From the NCBI GenBank assembly GCA_020724805.1, contig DYGI01000002.1, positions 23,582-87,581 of the forward strand: a DNA stretch of 64,000 nucleotides. Reading direction: 5' to 3'. The notes below the pieces were generated by a model. It had not been told where the DNA came from. It did no database searches and was given only the letters and a program-made list of their open reading frames with translations. Position numbers and translations under genes: made by a program. Positions 45,995-55,338 of the stretch are shown piece after piece. Each line of letters begins with the position of its first letter. Positions within the stretch are counted from its first letter, which is position 1. The stretch comes from Candidatus Microgenomatus sp. Lineage in GTDB: Bacteria > Patescibacteriota > Minisyncoccia > UBA6257 > GWB1-50-10.

Positions 45995-46084
45995 GGATAT
46001 GAATCCCGTTAGAAGTAGCCGCGCCAGCGGTCCCAGAGGGACTCGTGACTTTGTTACGAGCGCGACTTCTAATGGGATGAAGGA
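45995..46084 (+). promoter_or_regulatory. Second copy of the inverted-repeat leader element: GGATATGAATCCCGTTAGAAG ... CTTCTAATGGGATGAAGGA
   Basis: 13-bp stem with one G.U wobble (C to T). The MNPVRS ORF starts at 45999 and runs in frame into hrcA. ATGAA direct repeats are present. Confidence 0.5.
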
Positions 46085-46745
46085 ACGCACCCGTGCCATT
46101 CTTGAAACGGCGGTCCGCGATTTCATCGAGGAAGGCCGCCCCATCACGTCGGAATATCTTTACGAGAGGTACGATTTCGGCATAAAGCCCGCCATGATAC
46201 GGTGGGAGTTGCAGGAGCTTGCCGATGGGGGTTATTTCAATCAATTACGCCCTTCGGGAGGAAGGTTTCCCACGCGGAAGGCGTACGCGGCGTACGTGGC
46301 GAGCATTGAAAGTCAGGACGGGCGCGCAAAATCTCCGCGGAGGGTAAGAGCAAGTTCTCCGGAAAAACTTCCAAAAGAAATCGCCGACGAATTGGGAGTG
46401 ATGGGAGCGGGGTACGACCCGCGCCGTGGAGTGTTCCGCGAATGTGGCCTTACCAATCTTATTGAAGATCTCGATTTGGAGGGCCACGAAGAACTCCTTG
46501 CGGTGGTGCGCGATATCGAACGACTGGAAGAGCGGTTTGTGGAACGGCTCAATGTGTGGGAAGGAGATGAAGGTCCCTGGCCGAAAGTGTTTGTTGGAGA
46601 AACACCACTTACGAAAACCAAACTTCTTTCGGTGTTGGTGGGGCGAACCGGAAGCGCGCGTGATCCCTTCTTCATACTTGCGGTGGGACCTCTCCGAATG
46701 GATTACGAAAAGTCGCTCGCGCTGTTTCGTTCACTTGAGGAATGA
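46077..46745 (+). CDS. hrcA: Heat-inducible transcription repressor HrcA (short form; an upstream in-frame start at 45999 is possible)
   Basis: N-terminal winged HTH ...ELADGGYFNQLRPSGGRFPTRKAYAAYV... Operon context hrcA-grpE-dnaK-dnaJ with CIRCE upstream. Confidence 0.75.
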   Translation: MKERTRAILETAVRDFIEEGRPITSEYLYERYDFGIKPAMIRWELQELADGGYFNQLRPSGGRFPTRKAYAAYVASIESQDGRAKSPRRVRASSPEKLPKEIADELGVMGAGYDPRRGVFRECGLTNLIEDLDLEGHEELLAVVRDIERLEERFVERLNVWEGDEGPWPKVFVGETPLTKTKLLSVLVGRTGSARDPFFILAVGPLRMDYEKSLALFRSLEE

Positions 46746-47236
46746 TTATGAGTGAAGAACAAAAACCGAAAAAAACCGTAGAAGAGCTGGAAACCGCGCT
46801 CGCCGCGTGCGAAAAGATGCGCGACGAATACCTGGATGGATGGAAGCGCGCGAAAGCCGATTTTGTGAACTATCAGAAGGATGAGGCGGCGCGTGCGGAA
46901 ACGCTTGCGAAGTTCGCCAATGAGGTCATCCTTTCAGATCTTCTCCATGTGCTCGACAGTTTTGACCTCGGTCTTGCTACTGTGGACGAAAAAGACCCCG
47001 CGCGCAAAGGAATGGAGCTTATCCGCGGTCAACTTGAAGAGGCACTCCGCCGGCATGGCGTGGAACGCGTGCAGGTGAAGCCGGGAGACGCGTTTGACCC
47101 TGCGCGGCATGAAGCGGTAGGGGAAGCGGTTTCGGGCGTACCGCCGGGCGCGATTGCCGAAGAGATGGGGGCAGGTTATCTGCTCCACGGCAAGTTGGTC
47201 AGGCCGGTACGGGTGAAGCTCTCAAAAGGTCAGTAA
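46742..47236 (+). CDS. grpE: Nucleotide exchange factor GrpE
   Basis: 164 aa: ...[20 protein letters not shown]... Confidence 0.9.
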   Translation: MIMSEEQKPKKTVEELETALAACEKMRDEYLDGWKRAKADFVNYQKDEAARAETLAKFANEVILSDLLHVLDSFDLGLATVDEKDPARKGMELIRGQLEEALRRHGVERVQVKPGDAFDPARHEAVGEAVSGVPPGAIAEEMGAGYLLHGKLVRPVRVKLSKGQ

Positions 47237-47258
47237 AGGAACAATATCAAACAAAACT

Positions 47259-49145
47259 ATGGCAAAAATTTTAGGAATAGATCTTGGCACCACGAACTCC
47301 GCAATGGCAGTAATGGAAGGCGGCACTCCCCGCGTGCTCGAAAATCATGAAGGGAACCGGACCACTCCTTCCATTGTGGCAGTCTCGAAATCGGGCGAAC
47401 GACTGGTAGGTACCACCGCGAAGCGGCAGGCAGTAGTGAATCCGAAGAACACTATTTTTTCCGTGAAGCGGCTCATCGGGCGTCCGTGGAAAGACCCCGA
47501 AGTGGCGCATGATCAGGCATGGTTTCCGTTTCCCATCAAGGAGTCCTCTTCGCATGGAGTGGAAATCGTGATGGGGGAGCGCGGGTACAAACCCGAGGAA
47601 ATTTCCGCGATGGTGCTCCAAAAACTTAAAGCGGACGCGGAAGCGAAGCTTGGAGAAAAAATAGAAGAAGCGGTCATCACCGTGCCGGCATACTTCGACG
47701 ACAGTCAGCGGCAGGCAACCAAGAATGCGGGGGAAATCGCGGGGTTCAAAGTGCGCCGCATCTTGAACGAACCGACCGCGGCGGCATTGGCATACGGGCT
47801 CGACAAACAGAAGAATGAGCAAATCGTGGTTTACGATTTCGGTGGAGGCACGTTCGACATCTCCGTATTGGAAGTGGGTGACAACACGGTGGAGGTGAAG
47901 GCCACGGGTGGTGACACGCACCTGGGCGGCGACGATTTCGACAAGAAGATAATCGAATATCTCGTGGCTGAATATAAGAAACAAGAAGGGGTAGACCTCG
48001 GGAAAGACCCGCTCGCACTCCAGCGGCTGAAGGAATCGGCAGAGCGGGCAAAACATGAGCTTTCGACCGCGGCGGAAACGGAGATAAATCTCCCGTATAT
48101 TACGTCGGGTTCCGATGGGCCTAAGCATTTTGTGATGAAGCTTTCGCGGGCAAAACTTGAAGAACTCGTGCGCCCCGAAGTGGAACGCTCCATCGCGCTC
48201 GTAAAAGAAGCGGTGACCGCGGCGGCGCCAAAAGGGGCCGGCATGAAACTTTCAGATATCGACGAAGTGGTGCTCGTGGGAGGCCAGACGCGGATGCCTC
48301 TTATCCAGGAGGAGGTGAAAAAACTGTTTGGGAAGGAACCCCACAAAGGGATTAATCCTGACGAAGTGGTGGCGGTGGGCGCCGCGGTTCAGGCGGGCAT
48401 TCTCCAAGGAGATGTGAAAGACATACTTCTCCTTGATGTAACGCCCCTTACGCTTGCAATCGAAACGCTCGGCGGAGTGGCGACCCCGATGATACCGAAG
48501 AATACCACGGTGCCGACCGCAAAGACGCAGGTCTTTTCGACCGCCGCGGACAATCAGACCTCGGTGGAGATACATATAAGCCAAGGGGAACGGCCGATGA
48601 CGGCGGACAATAAAACGCTTGCACGCTTCATTCTTGACGGCATTCCGCCCGCGCCGCGTGGCGTACCGCAGGTGGAAGTAACGTTCGATATCGATGCGAA
48701 CGGCATTTTAACCGTGAGCGCGAAAGATAAGGCAACAGGGAAGGCACAGTCGGTGAAGATAGAAGCGTCCACCGCGCTCTCAAAGGACGAGATAGAAAAA
48801 CTCAAGAAAGAGGCGGAACTTCACGCTACCGAGGACGCAAAGAAGCGTGAGCTTATCGATGTGCGAAATCAGGCGGAATCGCTCCTTTATGTCGCGGAGA
48901 AATCGCTCAAAGATGCGGGCGATAAGATTTCCGAGGATATCAAGAAGGCGGTGACGGAAAAAACGGATGCACTGAAAGCGGTAAAGGATGGCGAGGACCA
49001 AGACGCGATTAAAGCGAAGACGCAGGAGCTTTCCACGGAGCTGCAAAAAATCGGCGAGGCACTCTACAAGAATCAAACCCCTCCGCCGGCCGAGGGAACG
49101 CCACCCAGTTCCGAAGGTTCACCCGAGACGCCCCCGCAGGGTTGA
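47259..49145 (+). CDS. dnaK: Chaperone DnaK (Hsp70)
   Basis: 628 aa: [10 protein letters not shown]..., DLGGGTFD, and so on. Confidence 0.97.
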   Translation: MAKILGIDLGTTNSAMAVMEGGTPRVLENHEGNRTTPSIVAVSKSGERLVGTTAKRQAVVNPKNTIFSVKRLIGRPWKDPEVAHDQAWFPFPIKESSSHGVEIVMGERGYKPEEISAMVLQKLKADAEAKLGEKIEEAVITVPAYFDDSQRQATKNAGEIAGFKVRRILNEPTAAALAYGLDKQKNEQIVVYDFGGGTFDISVLEVGDNTVEVKATGGDTHLGGDDFDKKIIEYLVAEYKKQEGVDLGKDPLALQRLKESAERAKHELSTAAETEINLPYITSGSDGPKHFVMKLSRAKLEELVRPEVERSIALVKEAVTAAAPKGAGMKLSDIDEVVLVGGQTRMPLIQEEVKKLFGKEPHKGINPDEVVAVGAAVQAGILQGDVKDILLLDVTPLTLAIETLGGVATPMIPKNTTVPTAKTQVFSTAADNQTSVEIHISQGERPMTADNKTLARFILDGIPPAPRGVPQVEVTFDIDANGILTVSAKDKATGKAQSVKIEASTALSKDEIEKLKKEAELHATEDAKKRELIDVRNQAESLLYVAEKSLKDAGDKISEDIKKAVTEKTDALKAVKDGEDQDAIKAKTQELSTELQKIGEALYKNQTPPPAEGTPPSSEGSPETPPQG

Positions 49146-49167
49146 AATCAGGTAAAATAAAAGCATC

Positions 49168-50217
49168 ATGTTAAATCACGTGAACGTGGTGAGCCAGTCC
49201 AAAGATGAAGAGCGGGACCGGCTCTGGAAGGTTGCGGTGCTCGCGGTCGTGGGACTCGCGGGTAATCTCCTCGCGATATCGGCCCTGAAAACTTTCCTCG
49301 CGACCGCCACCTCCGAACTTCTTTTTGTCATCGCGGGTGCGGCCTTCATCGGGATTACCGTGTTCGTGCTCCAAGCGCTTTTTGTGAAATCGCCCCTCCT
49401 TTTGCGTCTGGTGGTGCTCATAGAAACCTTGATACCCCTTACACTTTTCTTTGAGCATCTCTCCTCGGGACAATCATGGGTGCTTTGGGGGGCCGCGGCG
49501 CTCTTTTTCTTTTTTGCGAACATGGGGTCGGTGCGGGGAGTGCACCAGGCAGCCGGAAACATCTCCATCCGTTTTTTTGACATCGCGCGTACGGTAATTC
49601 CCAAGGTTCTTACCGGGATGCTCATTTTTATGATTGCGCTCGTATACCTCACGTATTTTTCGTGGGGGACGCTGAATGATGCGGTAGGAAGAAGGTTTGT
49701 GAACCAAGTGCTTACGTCCGCGGAGCCCGCCGTCCGTCTGTACTTTTCTCGCACTTCGGTGGACATGACCGTGGGCGAGTTTCTTACCGAGGTGGTTCGG
49801 TCCGAATTGCAAACTGGGGGAGGCTCAGCGTGGAACCTGGTGGCGGACGAGGGCGATATTTCCATATTCAATCAACTTCCCGTGCCGCAACGGGACGCTA
49901 TCATCGCGAACGTGGCGGAAGGGCTGCGCACACATACGCTCGAGCCTATCTTTGGACCCATCGATGCAGACGAACCTATCCGTGACACCGTCTATCGTAT
50001 TTTGGAACAGCGTCTTTCGTCGCTTTCCCCATCGCAGTACGAAACATTTACCATTGGAGGAGTGATATTGATATTCCTTGCAATCAAAGGGTTCCTTTCG
50101 TTGTTTCACTGGCTCATTGCCGCGCTCGCGTACGTCATTTTCAAACTGCTCATGGCGCTCGGGTTCGCCCGCGTAGGGCTTGCAACCCAGTCGCGCGAGT
50201 TTGCGGTGCTTACCTGA
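49168..50217 (+). CDS. Hypothetical polytopic membrane protein inserted between dnaK and dnaJ
   Basis: 349 aa with about 8 TM helices and no recognisable motif. Confidence 0.5.
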   Translation: MLNHVNVVSQSKDEERDRLWKVAVLAVVGLAGNLLAISALKTFLATATSELLFVIAGAAFIGITVFVLQALFVKSPLLLRLVVLIETLIPLTLFFEHLSSGQSWVLWGAAALFFFFANMGSVRGVHQAAGNISIRFFDIARTVIPKVLTGMLIFMIALVYLTYFSWGTLNDAVGRRFVNQVLTSAEPAVRLYFSRTSVDMTVGEFLTEVVRSELQTGGGSAWNLVADEGDISIFNQLPVPQRDAIIANVAEGLRTHTLEPIFGPIDADEPIRDTVYRILEQRLSSLSPSQYETFTIGGVILIFLAIKGFLSLFHWLIAALAYVIFKLLMALGFARVGLATQSREFAVLT

Positions 50218-50224
50218 AGCGGAT

Positions 50225-51325
50225 ATGGCGAAGGATTATTACAAAGTACTCGGAGTGGCGCGCGGCGCTACCGAGGAAGAGATAAAAAAAGCATATCGAA
50301 AGCTTGCGCATGCGCACCATCCCGATAAGGCGGGAGGCTCTGAGGCGAAGTTCAAGGAGGTGAACGAAGCCTACCAAGTGCTCGGCAACAAAGAAAAGCG
50401 GGCGCAATACGACCGTTTCGGGCAGGTTTTTGAAGGAGGTGCAGGACCGCAAGGCAATCCATTCGCCGGCTTCGGCGGGTTTGGAGGTTTCGAGCAGAGC
50501 GGGTTTCGTGTGAACATGGAGGACCTCGGCGACCTCGGCGAGGTTTTTGAAGGAATGTTCGGTGGAGGGTTCGGCGGCGGACGACGCGAAACCTACAAGC
50601 GCGGTTCGGACGTGGAAGTGGTTGCCGAACTTTCGATGGACGAAGCGTTCCACGGCGTGGCGCGCACCATACGGTTTACCACCGCGGTGATTTGCACGAA
50701 GTGTAAGGGTATCGGATACGACAAAGCGAAGGGAATGACGCAATGTGGTACATGCAAAGGTAAAGGCGAGGTGCGCGAGGCGCGCCGTACGTTCTTTGGA
50801 AACTTCACGCAGGTGCGCTCGTGCCCCACATGTAAGGGACGTGGCGAAACGCCGAATGAAGAGTGCAAACTGTGCGGCGGTTCCGGTCGCGTAACCGGCA
50901 CGCGCGAGGTGAAGATAGATATCGCACCGGGCGTAGAAGACGGGCAGGTCATTCAGGTTGCTGGCATGGGCGAGGCGGGCGAACAAGGCGCTTCGGCCGG
51001 AGACCTTTACGTTATTGTGCGCGTGAAGCCGCACGTTGCGTTCGAGAGGAAAAAATCCGACCTTTTCACCTCGCTTGAGGTGAAGCTCACCGACTTGGCA
51101 CTTGGAAAAACGCTTGAGGTTATCGGCGTGGATCAGGAGCGCATCAAAGTCGACGTGCCCGCCGGATACGATATCCACGCGCCCTTGAAGGTTTCGGGGA
51201 AGGGGATGCCGCGCTTCGGCTCCTTCGGCCGCGGCGACCTTTACCTTACGCTCCGCGTAAAGACGCCGAAAAAACTCTCCGCAAAAGCGAAGAAGTTACT
51301 AGAGGAACTCGAGGGAGAGTTCTGA
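50225..51325 (+). CDS. dnaJ: Chaperone DnaJ
   Basis: J-domain [11 protein letters not shown]...HPDK, a G/F-rich region and four CxxCxGxG zinc motifs. I moved the start to the ATG at 50225. Confidence 0.93.
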   Translation: MAKDYYKVLGVARGATEEEIKKAYRKLAHAHHPDKAGGSEAKFKEVNEAYQVLGNKEKRAQYDRFGQVFEGGAGPQGNPFAGFGGFGGFEQSGFRVNMEDLGDLGEVFEGMFGGGFGGGRRETYKRGSDVEVVAELSMDEAFHGVARTIRFTTAVICTKCKGIGYDKAKGMTQCGTCKGKGEVREARRTFFGNFTQVRSCPTCKGRGETPNEECKLCGGSGRVTGTREVKIDIAPGVEDGQVIQVAGMGEAGEQGASAGDLYVIVRVKPHVAFERKKSDLFTSLEVKLTDLALGKTLEVIGVDQERIKVDVPAGYDIHAPLKVSGKGMPRFGSFGRGDLYLTLRVKTPKKLSAKAKKLLEELEGEF

Positions 51326-51473
51326 ATTGACGAACGCCTAGAATTCGGTATTATTGAGGTGTCCGTAGACAGCAGGTGGGGAATACCCATAAATCCTGCC
51401 GAGGGAACGCCAATTTCGGCGTGTACCACTACGGCTCAAAGGTCGTGGTGTTTCTTTTAAAGAAACGAGCCAA
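51326..51473 (+). promoter_or_regulatory. Untranslated leader of rplJ-rplL (putative L10 autoregulatory leader)
   Basis: A 148-nt structured gap upstream of rplJ. The position is consistent with the L10 leader, but no motif was verified. Confidence 0.25.
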
Positions 51474-51965
51474 ATGAAAACAAAAGCACAAAAGAAAGAG
51501 CAGATAGAAAGCGGTGTGAAGGGGATGGCGAAGAGCGAAACCCTGGTCCTCGCGGATTTCACCGGCGTGCCTACGAAGGAACTGAATGCGTTCCGGAAAA
51601 CGCTTCGCGGAATGGGAGCGGCGTTCACAGTGGTGAAGAAACGACTCTTTAAGCTGATGCTTAAAGAGCAGGGGATAGATTTCGACCCAAAGACCTTGGA
51701 TGGTCAGCTCGGGGTCGTATTCTCGCCGAAGGACCTCGTGGAGACCGCGGGCGTGACCTATAAATTTTCGAAGGGTAAGGAAGCGTTCAAGATATTGGGC
51801 GGCTTCAATTTGAAAGATAAACAATTCCTCGAAGGTGTGGATGTGGTGCGCTATGGCGCGCTCCCGCCGCGGGAAGTTCTGTTGGGCCAGCTCGTGGGCA
51901 TGCTTACGGTTCCTATCCGGCAATTCATGACCGTGTTGAACGAAAAAGCGAAAAAGTCGAATTAA
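51474..51965 (+). CDS. rplJ: 50S ribosomal protein L10
   Basis: 163 aa, followed by rplL. Confidence 0.9.
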   Translation: MKTKAQKKEQIESGVKGMAKSETLVLADFTGVPTKELNAFRKTLRGMGAAFTVVKKRLFKLMLKEQGIDFDPKTLDGQLGVVFSPKDLVETAGVTYKFSKGKEAFKILGGFNLKDKQFLEGVDVVRYGALPPREVLLGQLVGMLTVPIRQFMTVLNEKAKKSN

Positions 51966-51975
51966 AACTATTACC

Positions 51976-52341
51976 ATGGAAAAATACAACGACATCATCG
52001 AGAAGGTTGAGAAACTTACCGTGCTCGAACTCTCCGAGCTCGTGAAGGCGCTCGAAGAGAAGTTTGGCGTGTCGGCGGCCGCGATGGCGGTTGCGGGTGC
52101 AGGTGCGGGCGCGGCAGCGGCGGAGGAAAAGACCGCATGGAACGTCATCTTGAAGTCGGGCGGCGAACAAAAAATAAACGTCATCAAGGTGGTGAAGGAA
52201 GCGACGGGTCTTGGCCTCAAAGAGGCGAAGGACATCGTGGACGGCGCTCCGAAGCCGGTGAAAGAAGGTCTGAAAAAAGAAGAGGCGGAAGAGTTGAAGA
52301 AAAAACTCGAAGAGGCCGGCGCAACGGTCGAGCTCCAATAG
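51976..52341 (+). CDS. rplL: 50S ribosomal protein L7/L12
   Basis: 121 aa with an Ala-rich hinge. The C-terminal domain reads ...[28 protein letters not shown]... Confidence 0.95.
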   Translation: MEKYNDIIEKVEKLTVLELSELVKALEEKFGVSAAAMAVAGAGAGAAAAEEKTAWNVILKSGGEQKINVIKVVKEATGLGLKEAKDIVDGAPKPVKEGLKKEEAEELKKKLEEAGATVELQ

Positions 52342-52360
52342 TAAAATTTCCGCATTCACA

Positions 52361-52389
52361 AAACGCCCCGAAACGGGGCGTTTTTGTTT
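52361..52389 (+). terminator. Rho-independent terminator after rplL
   Basis: AACGCCCCG-AAAC-GGGGCGTT followed by TTTGTTT. Confidence 0.7.
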
Positions 52390-52453
52390 GACGGGGGAAG
52401 TTGGGAGTGATACATCTAGTATTAGATCAAGAACATCATAGGAGACAAATAGT

Positions 52454-52867
52454 ATGGAAACGCTTCTAGAGCGCACCAAAGTGCGGAAAGGCATACTCCG
52501 CAGCACCATTGTGGAAGCCATCCAGGGAAGCCGCTCGAGTGGTTGTTCGGTGAACAGCATCATAGACGAACTCACAAGGAACGATGAAATGGAGCATACA
52601 TTCAATCGTGCTATCGTCGAGGTTCTCGTGGATGAATTGTGCTCAGAGGGGCTTGTGGAACGGAGCAATCGTGTCGTTCGTTGGAATCATGGGCGATTGC
52701 TTTGTGGGAAACCGGATGCGCCGAACGATCTTCCACTCGAGGAAGCCAAGAAAAATCCTACGAAGTGTCTGTGCTGTGGCACGAGGATGAGGATTGTTCT
52801 TGCGGAAAGCGCTTCTATGCAGATGCTCGGTGTATACACTCTTATCTGCGACTACTGTTCCGGGTAG
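52454..52867 (+). CDS. Hypothetical protein (N-terminal wHTH-like, C-terminal CxxC...CxxC zinc ribbon), lower GC
   Basis: 137 aa. SD is GGAG, 9 nt upstream. Reads CLCCGTRM...CDYC. The region 52400-52900 is visibly AT-richer. Lies next to tRNA-Val. Confidence 0.45.
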   Translation: METLLERTKVRKGILRSTIVEAIQGSRSSGCSVNSIIDELTRNDEMEHTFNRAIVEVLVDELCSEGLVERSNRVVRWNHGRLLCGKPDAPNDLPLEEAKKNPTKCLCCGTRMRIVLAESASMQMLGVYTLICDYCSG

Positions 52868-52938
52868 ACCCTATCATTCGGAAACGGCGCTGGATTGCCA
52901 AATCCACGCCGTTTTGTTTTACTGGAATCAGGATTTTT

Positions 52939-53010
52939 GCGCGTTTAGCTCAGTGGTAGAGCGCTTCGTTCACATCGAAGAGGTCGCTGGTTCGATCCCA
53001 GCAACGCGCA
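52939..53010 (+). tRNA. tRNA-Val (anticodon CAC)
   Basis: GCGCGTT acceptor, D arm TAGCTCAGTGGTAGAGC, anticodon loop TTCACAT, T arm GCTGGTTCGATCCCAGC, acceptor AACGCGC plus A. No encoded CCA. Confidence 0.9.
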
Positions 53011-53016
53011 CTGCGT

Positions 53017-53433
53017 ATGGAACGATTCTTTTCACGTATACTCCCACAATACGAAACCTCCCTTATCCAAGCACTTCGCATTGCGCTCGGTGTCATTTTC
53101 GTGTGGTTCGGAGTTTTGAAAATATTCGGCTACAATCCCGTGTACGAGATCATTCACGCGAGCTTTCCTTGGTTTGCGGAAGGGATTGGACTCGTCGTAC
53201 TCGGCGTGATCGAAGTTCTCATTGGCGTTGGTCTTTTTATTAACCTTGTTCCGCGAGCGGTACATGCGGCACTTCTATTCCATCTCCTCGGCACGCTCAC
53301 GGTGTTCGTCTCAGGACCCGAGGTAATGTTCCAGCCGTTCTTTCCTATCCTCACGCTTGCGGGTGAGTTTGTGTTTAAGAATATAGTGCTTGCGCTCTCG
53401 GGACTCGTAGTTCTCGGGCATCGAAAGACGTAG
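53017..53433 (+). CDS. Small integral membrane protein (DoxX/DUF417-like)
   Basis: 138 aa with 4 TM helices. Confidence 0.5.
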   Translation: MERFFSRILPQYETSLIQALRIALGVIFVWFGVLKIFGYNPVYEIIHASFPWFAEGIGLVVLGVIEVLIGVGLFINLVPRAVHAALLFHLLGTLTVFVSGPEVMFQPFFPILTLAGEFVFKNIVLALSGLVVLGHRKT

Positions 53434-53640
53434 AGGTCATTGGTGTACCTCGTTCAAAGTCGCGCTCGCGATGGAATCGCGAGTCTCTCCAGGACCGCTG
53501 GCGCGGCTACTTTAAACGGGGTGAACAAGATGTTGATAACTTCACGCTGAGAATTTACGAAGTGTAGGTAAATAAAGAACTTTTTTACCACGCCCCACAT
53601 TAGGGCGTGGTGTTTGTTGGTGTTGAGGAAGGGAGCGATA

Positions 53641-53709
53641 TGATATACTAGTGGCACGAAGTGGGGAATTGTGGATAAAGGTGTGGATAAGGCCTAATTC
53701 TGGGGATAA
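53641..53709 (+). promoter_or_regulatory. mraZ promoter (extended -10 TGaTATACT at 53641-53649) followed by direct repeats that are candidate MraZ operators
   Basis: GTGG lies at 53651, 53661 and 53671, an exact 10-bp phase. Three G(T/G)GGATAAG repeats follow; two of them are perfect TGTGGATAA, which is also the DnaA-box sequence. Confidence 0.45.
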
Positions 53710-53715
53710 GTACCT

Positions 53716-54147
53716 ATGTTTCTAGGAGAATACAAACACTCATTGGATCCGAAGGGGCGCTTGGCGCTTCCCGCGAAATTCCGCGCGAAGCTGAAAGAGG
53801 GCGCCATTATCACGCGCGGTTTGGACCGTTGTCTTTTTGTGTTTGGAAAAACCGAATGGGAAAAACTTGCGGAAAAACTTGCGGCGCTTCCTTTGGCGCA
53901 GGCGAACTCGCGCGCATTTTCGCGACTTATGCTCGCGGGAGCATCCGATGTAGAGCTTGATGGGCAAGGGCGCATTTTAGTTCCTGATTATTTAAGAGAA
54001 TACGCCGGACTTTCGAAAACCGCGATTATTGCGGGGGTGATGAACCGACTCGAAGTCTGGGACGAGAAATCTTGGACTCAATACAAATCGCGGACGGAGT
54101 CCGCTTCCGATGATATCGCCGAGCAATTAGGGGCGCTCGGAATATAG
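53716..54147 (+). CDS. mraZ: Transcriptional regulator MraZ
   Basis: 143 aa: MFLGEYKHSLDPKGRLALPAKFR..., two SpoVT/AbrB-like halves. Confidence 0.9.
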   Translation: MFLGEYKHSLDPKGRLALPAKFRAKLKEGAIITRGLDRCLFVFGKTEWEKLAEKLAALPLAQANSRAFSRLMLAGASDVELDGQGRILVPDYLREYAGLSKTAIIAGVMNRLEVWDEKSWTQYKSRTESASDDIAEQLGALGI

Positions 54148-54160
54148 AAAGGTCGATGCG

Positions 54161-55030
54161 ATGCATGCCCCTGTACTTTTAGACGAAGTCATTAAGGCGC
54201 TCGATCTCCATGAAGGAGATTTCGCGGTAGACGGAACGTTGGGAGGAGGCGGACACGCGAAAGCGATGCTCCGCGCGATAGGGAGGCGAGGACGTTTGCT
54301 GGGAATCGATCGTGATGTTCATGCGCTCGCGAGAGCGCGTGAAACGCTCGAGGAACTCCGGAACGTAATTTTGATACAGGATTCGTATGCCGAGCTTCCC
54401 GCGATTCTTGCCCGCGAAAAACTACCGAAGGCGGACGCGCTTCTCCTTGATCTTGGACTTTCGTCCGACCAACTTGAGGCGAGCGGACGAGGATTCAGTT
54501 TTCAGCGTGATGAACCTTTGGACATGCGCTTTGACACGCGCGAAGGAGAAACTGCCGCAGCATTCATTGCGAAGGCAACGGTCGCGGAACTCACGCGCGC
54601 GTTTCGAGAATATGGAGAAGAGCGCAGCGCCGAAAAGTTTGCGCGTGCCATTGTGGATGCGCGGAGGAGGGAGCCCATCCGGACAAGCGGCATGCTCGCA
54701 CGCATTGTTGAGCGTGCGGCCGGCGGGCGCGGTCGCATACATCCCGCCACAAAAGTGTTCATGGCGCTTCGCATTGCGGTGAATCGCGAACTTGACCAAC
54801 TTCGCACGCTCATCCCTTCGTTGCGGCGGGTGGTGAAGCCCGGCGGTCGTGTAGCGGTCATCACGTTTCATTCAGTGGAAGACCGCGTGGTGAAGGAAGG
54901 GTTCCGCGCGCTCGCAAAAGAAGGCGCTGCGACCATTCTCACCAAACACGTGATAAGGCCCACTCGCGCCGAAGTGCTCGCAAACCCCCGAAGCCGTTCC
55001 GCAAAGCTCCGTTCCATACAAATACTATGA
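54161..55030 (+). CDS. rsmH: 16S rRNA (cytosine1402-N4)-methyltransferase RsmH (MraW)
   Basis: 289 aa: ...DGTLGGGGHA... SAM motif. Follows mraZ. Confidence 0.9.
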   Translation: MHAPVLLDEVIKALDLHEGDFAVDGTLGGGGHAKAMLRAIGRRGRLLGIDRDVHALARARETLEELRNVILIQDSYAELPAILAREKLPKADALLLDLGLSSDQLEASGRGFSFQRDEPLDMRFDTREGETAAAFIAKATVAELTRAFREYGEERSAEKFARAIVDARRREPIRTSGMLARIVERAAGGRGRIHPATKVFMALRIAVNRELDQLRTLIPSLRRVVKPGGRVAVITFHSVEDRVVKEGFRALAKEGAATILTKHVIRPTRAEVLANPRSRSAKLRSIQIL

Positions 55031-55338
55031 CCATCATCAAACCTCACAAAAATTTCGCATTGAAGCATTTTTTCATCTCACTTTTCGCACTTCTTGCCGT
55101 AGGAGGAGGGTTTTACATACTTGAATACAACAGTTTAGCCTCCGAGCGTTATGAGGTAAGCGAGTTGAAGCAGGCGGTGGAGCGGGCGCGGGAGGTGAAT
55201 GCGGACCTTAAAAATGCGCTCTACGAGAAGCTTGACCCTTCCAAATTGAAGCCTCTTGCGGCAGCCAGCGGACTTACCATCGACCGGAATCCTGAATATC
55301 TGACATTTTCCTCATGGCGGTCCGTTTCTTCCTACTAA
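55027..55338 (+). CDS. ftsL: Cell division protein FtsL-like
   Basis: 103 aa with a TM and coiled coil, between rsmH and ftsI. Confidence 0.6.
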   Translation: MTIIKPHKNFALKHFFISLFALLAVGGGFYILEYNSLASERYEVSELKQAVERAREVNADLKNALYEKLDPSKLKPLAAASGLTIDRNPEYLTFSSWRSVSSY

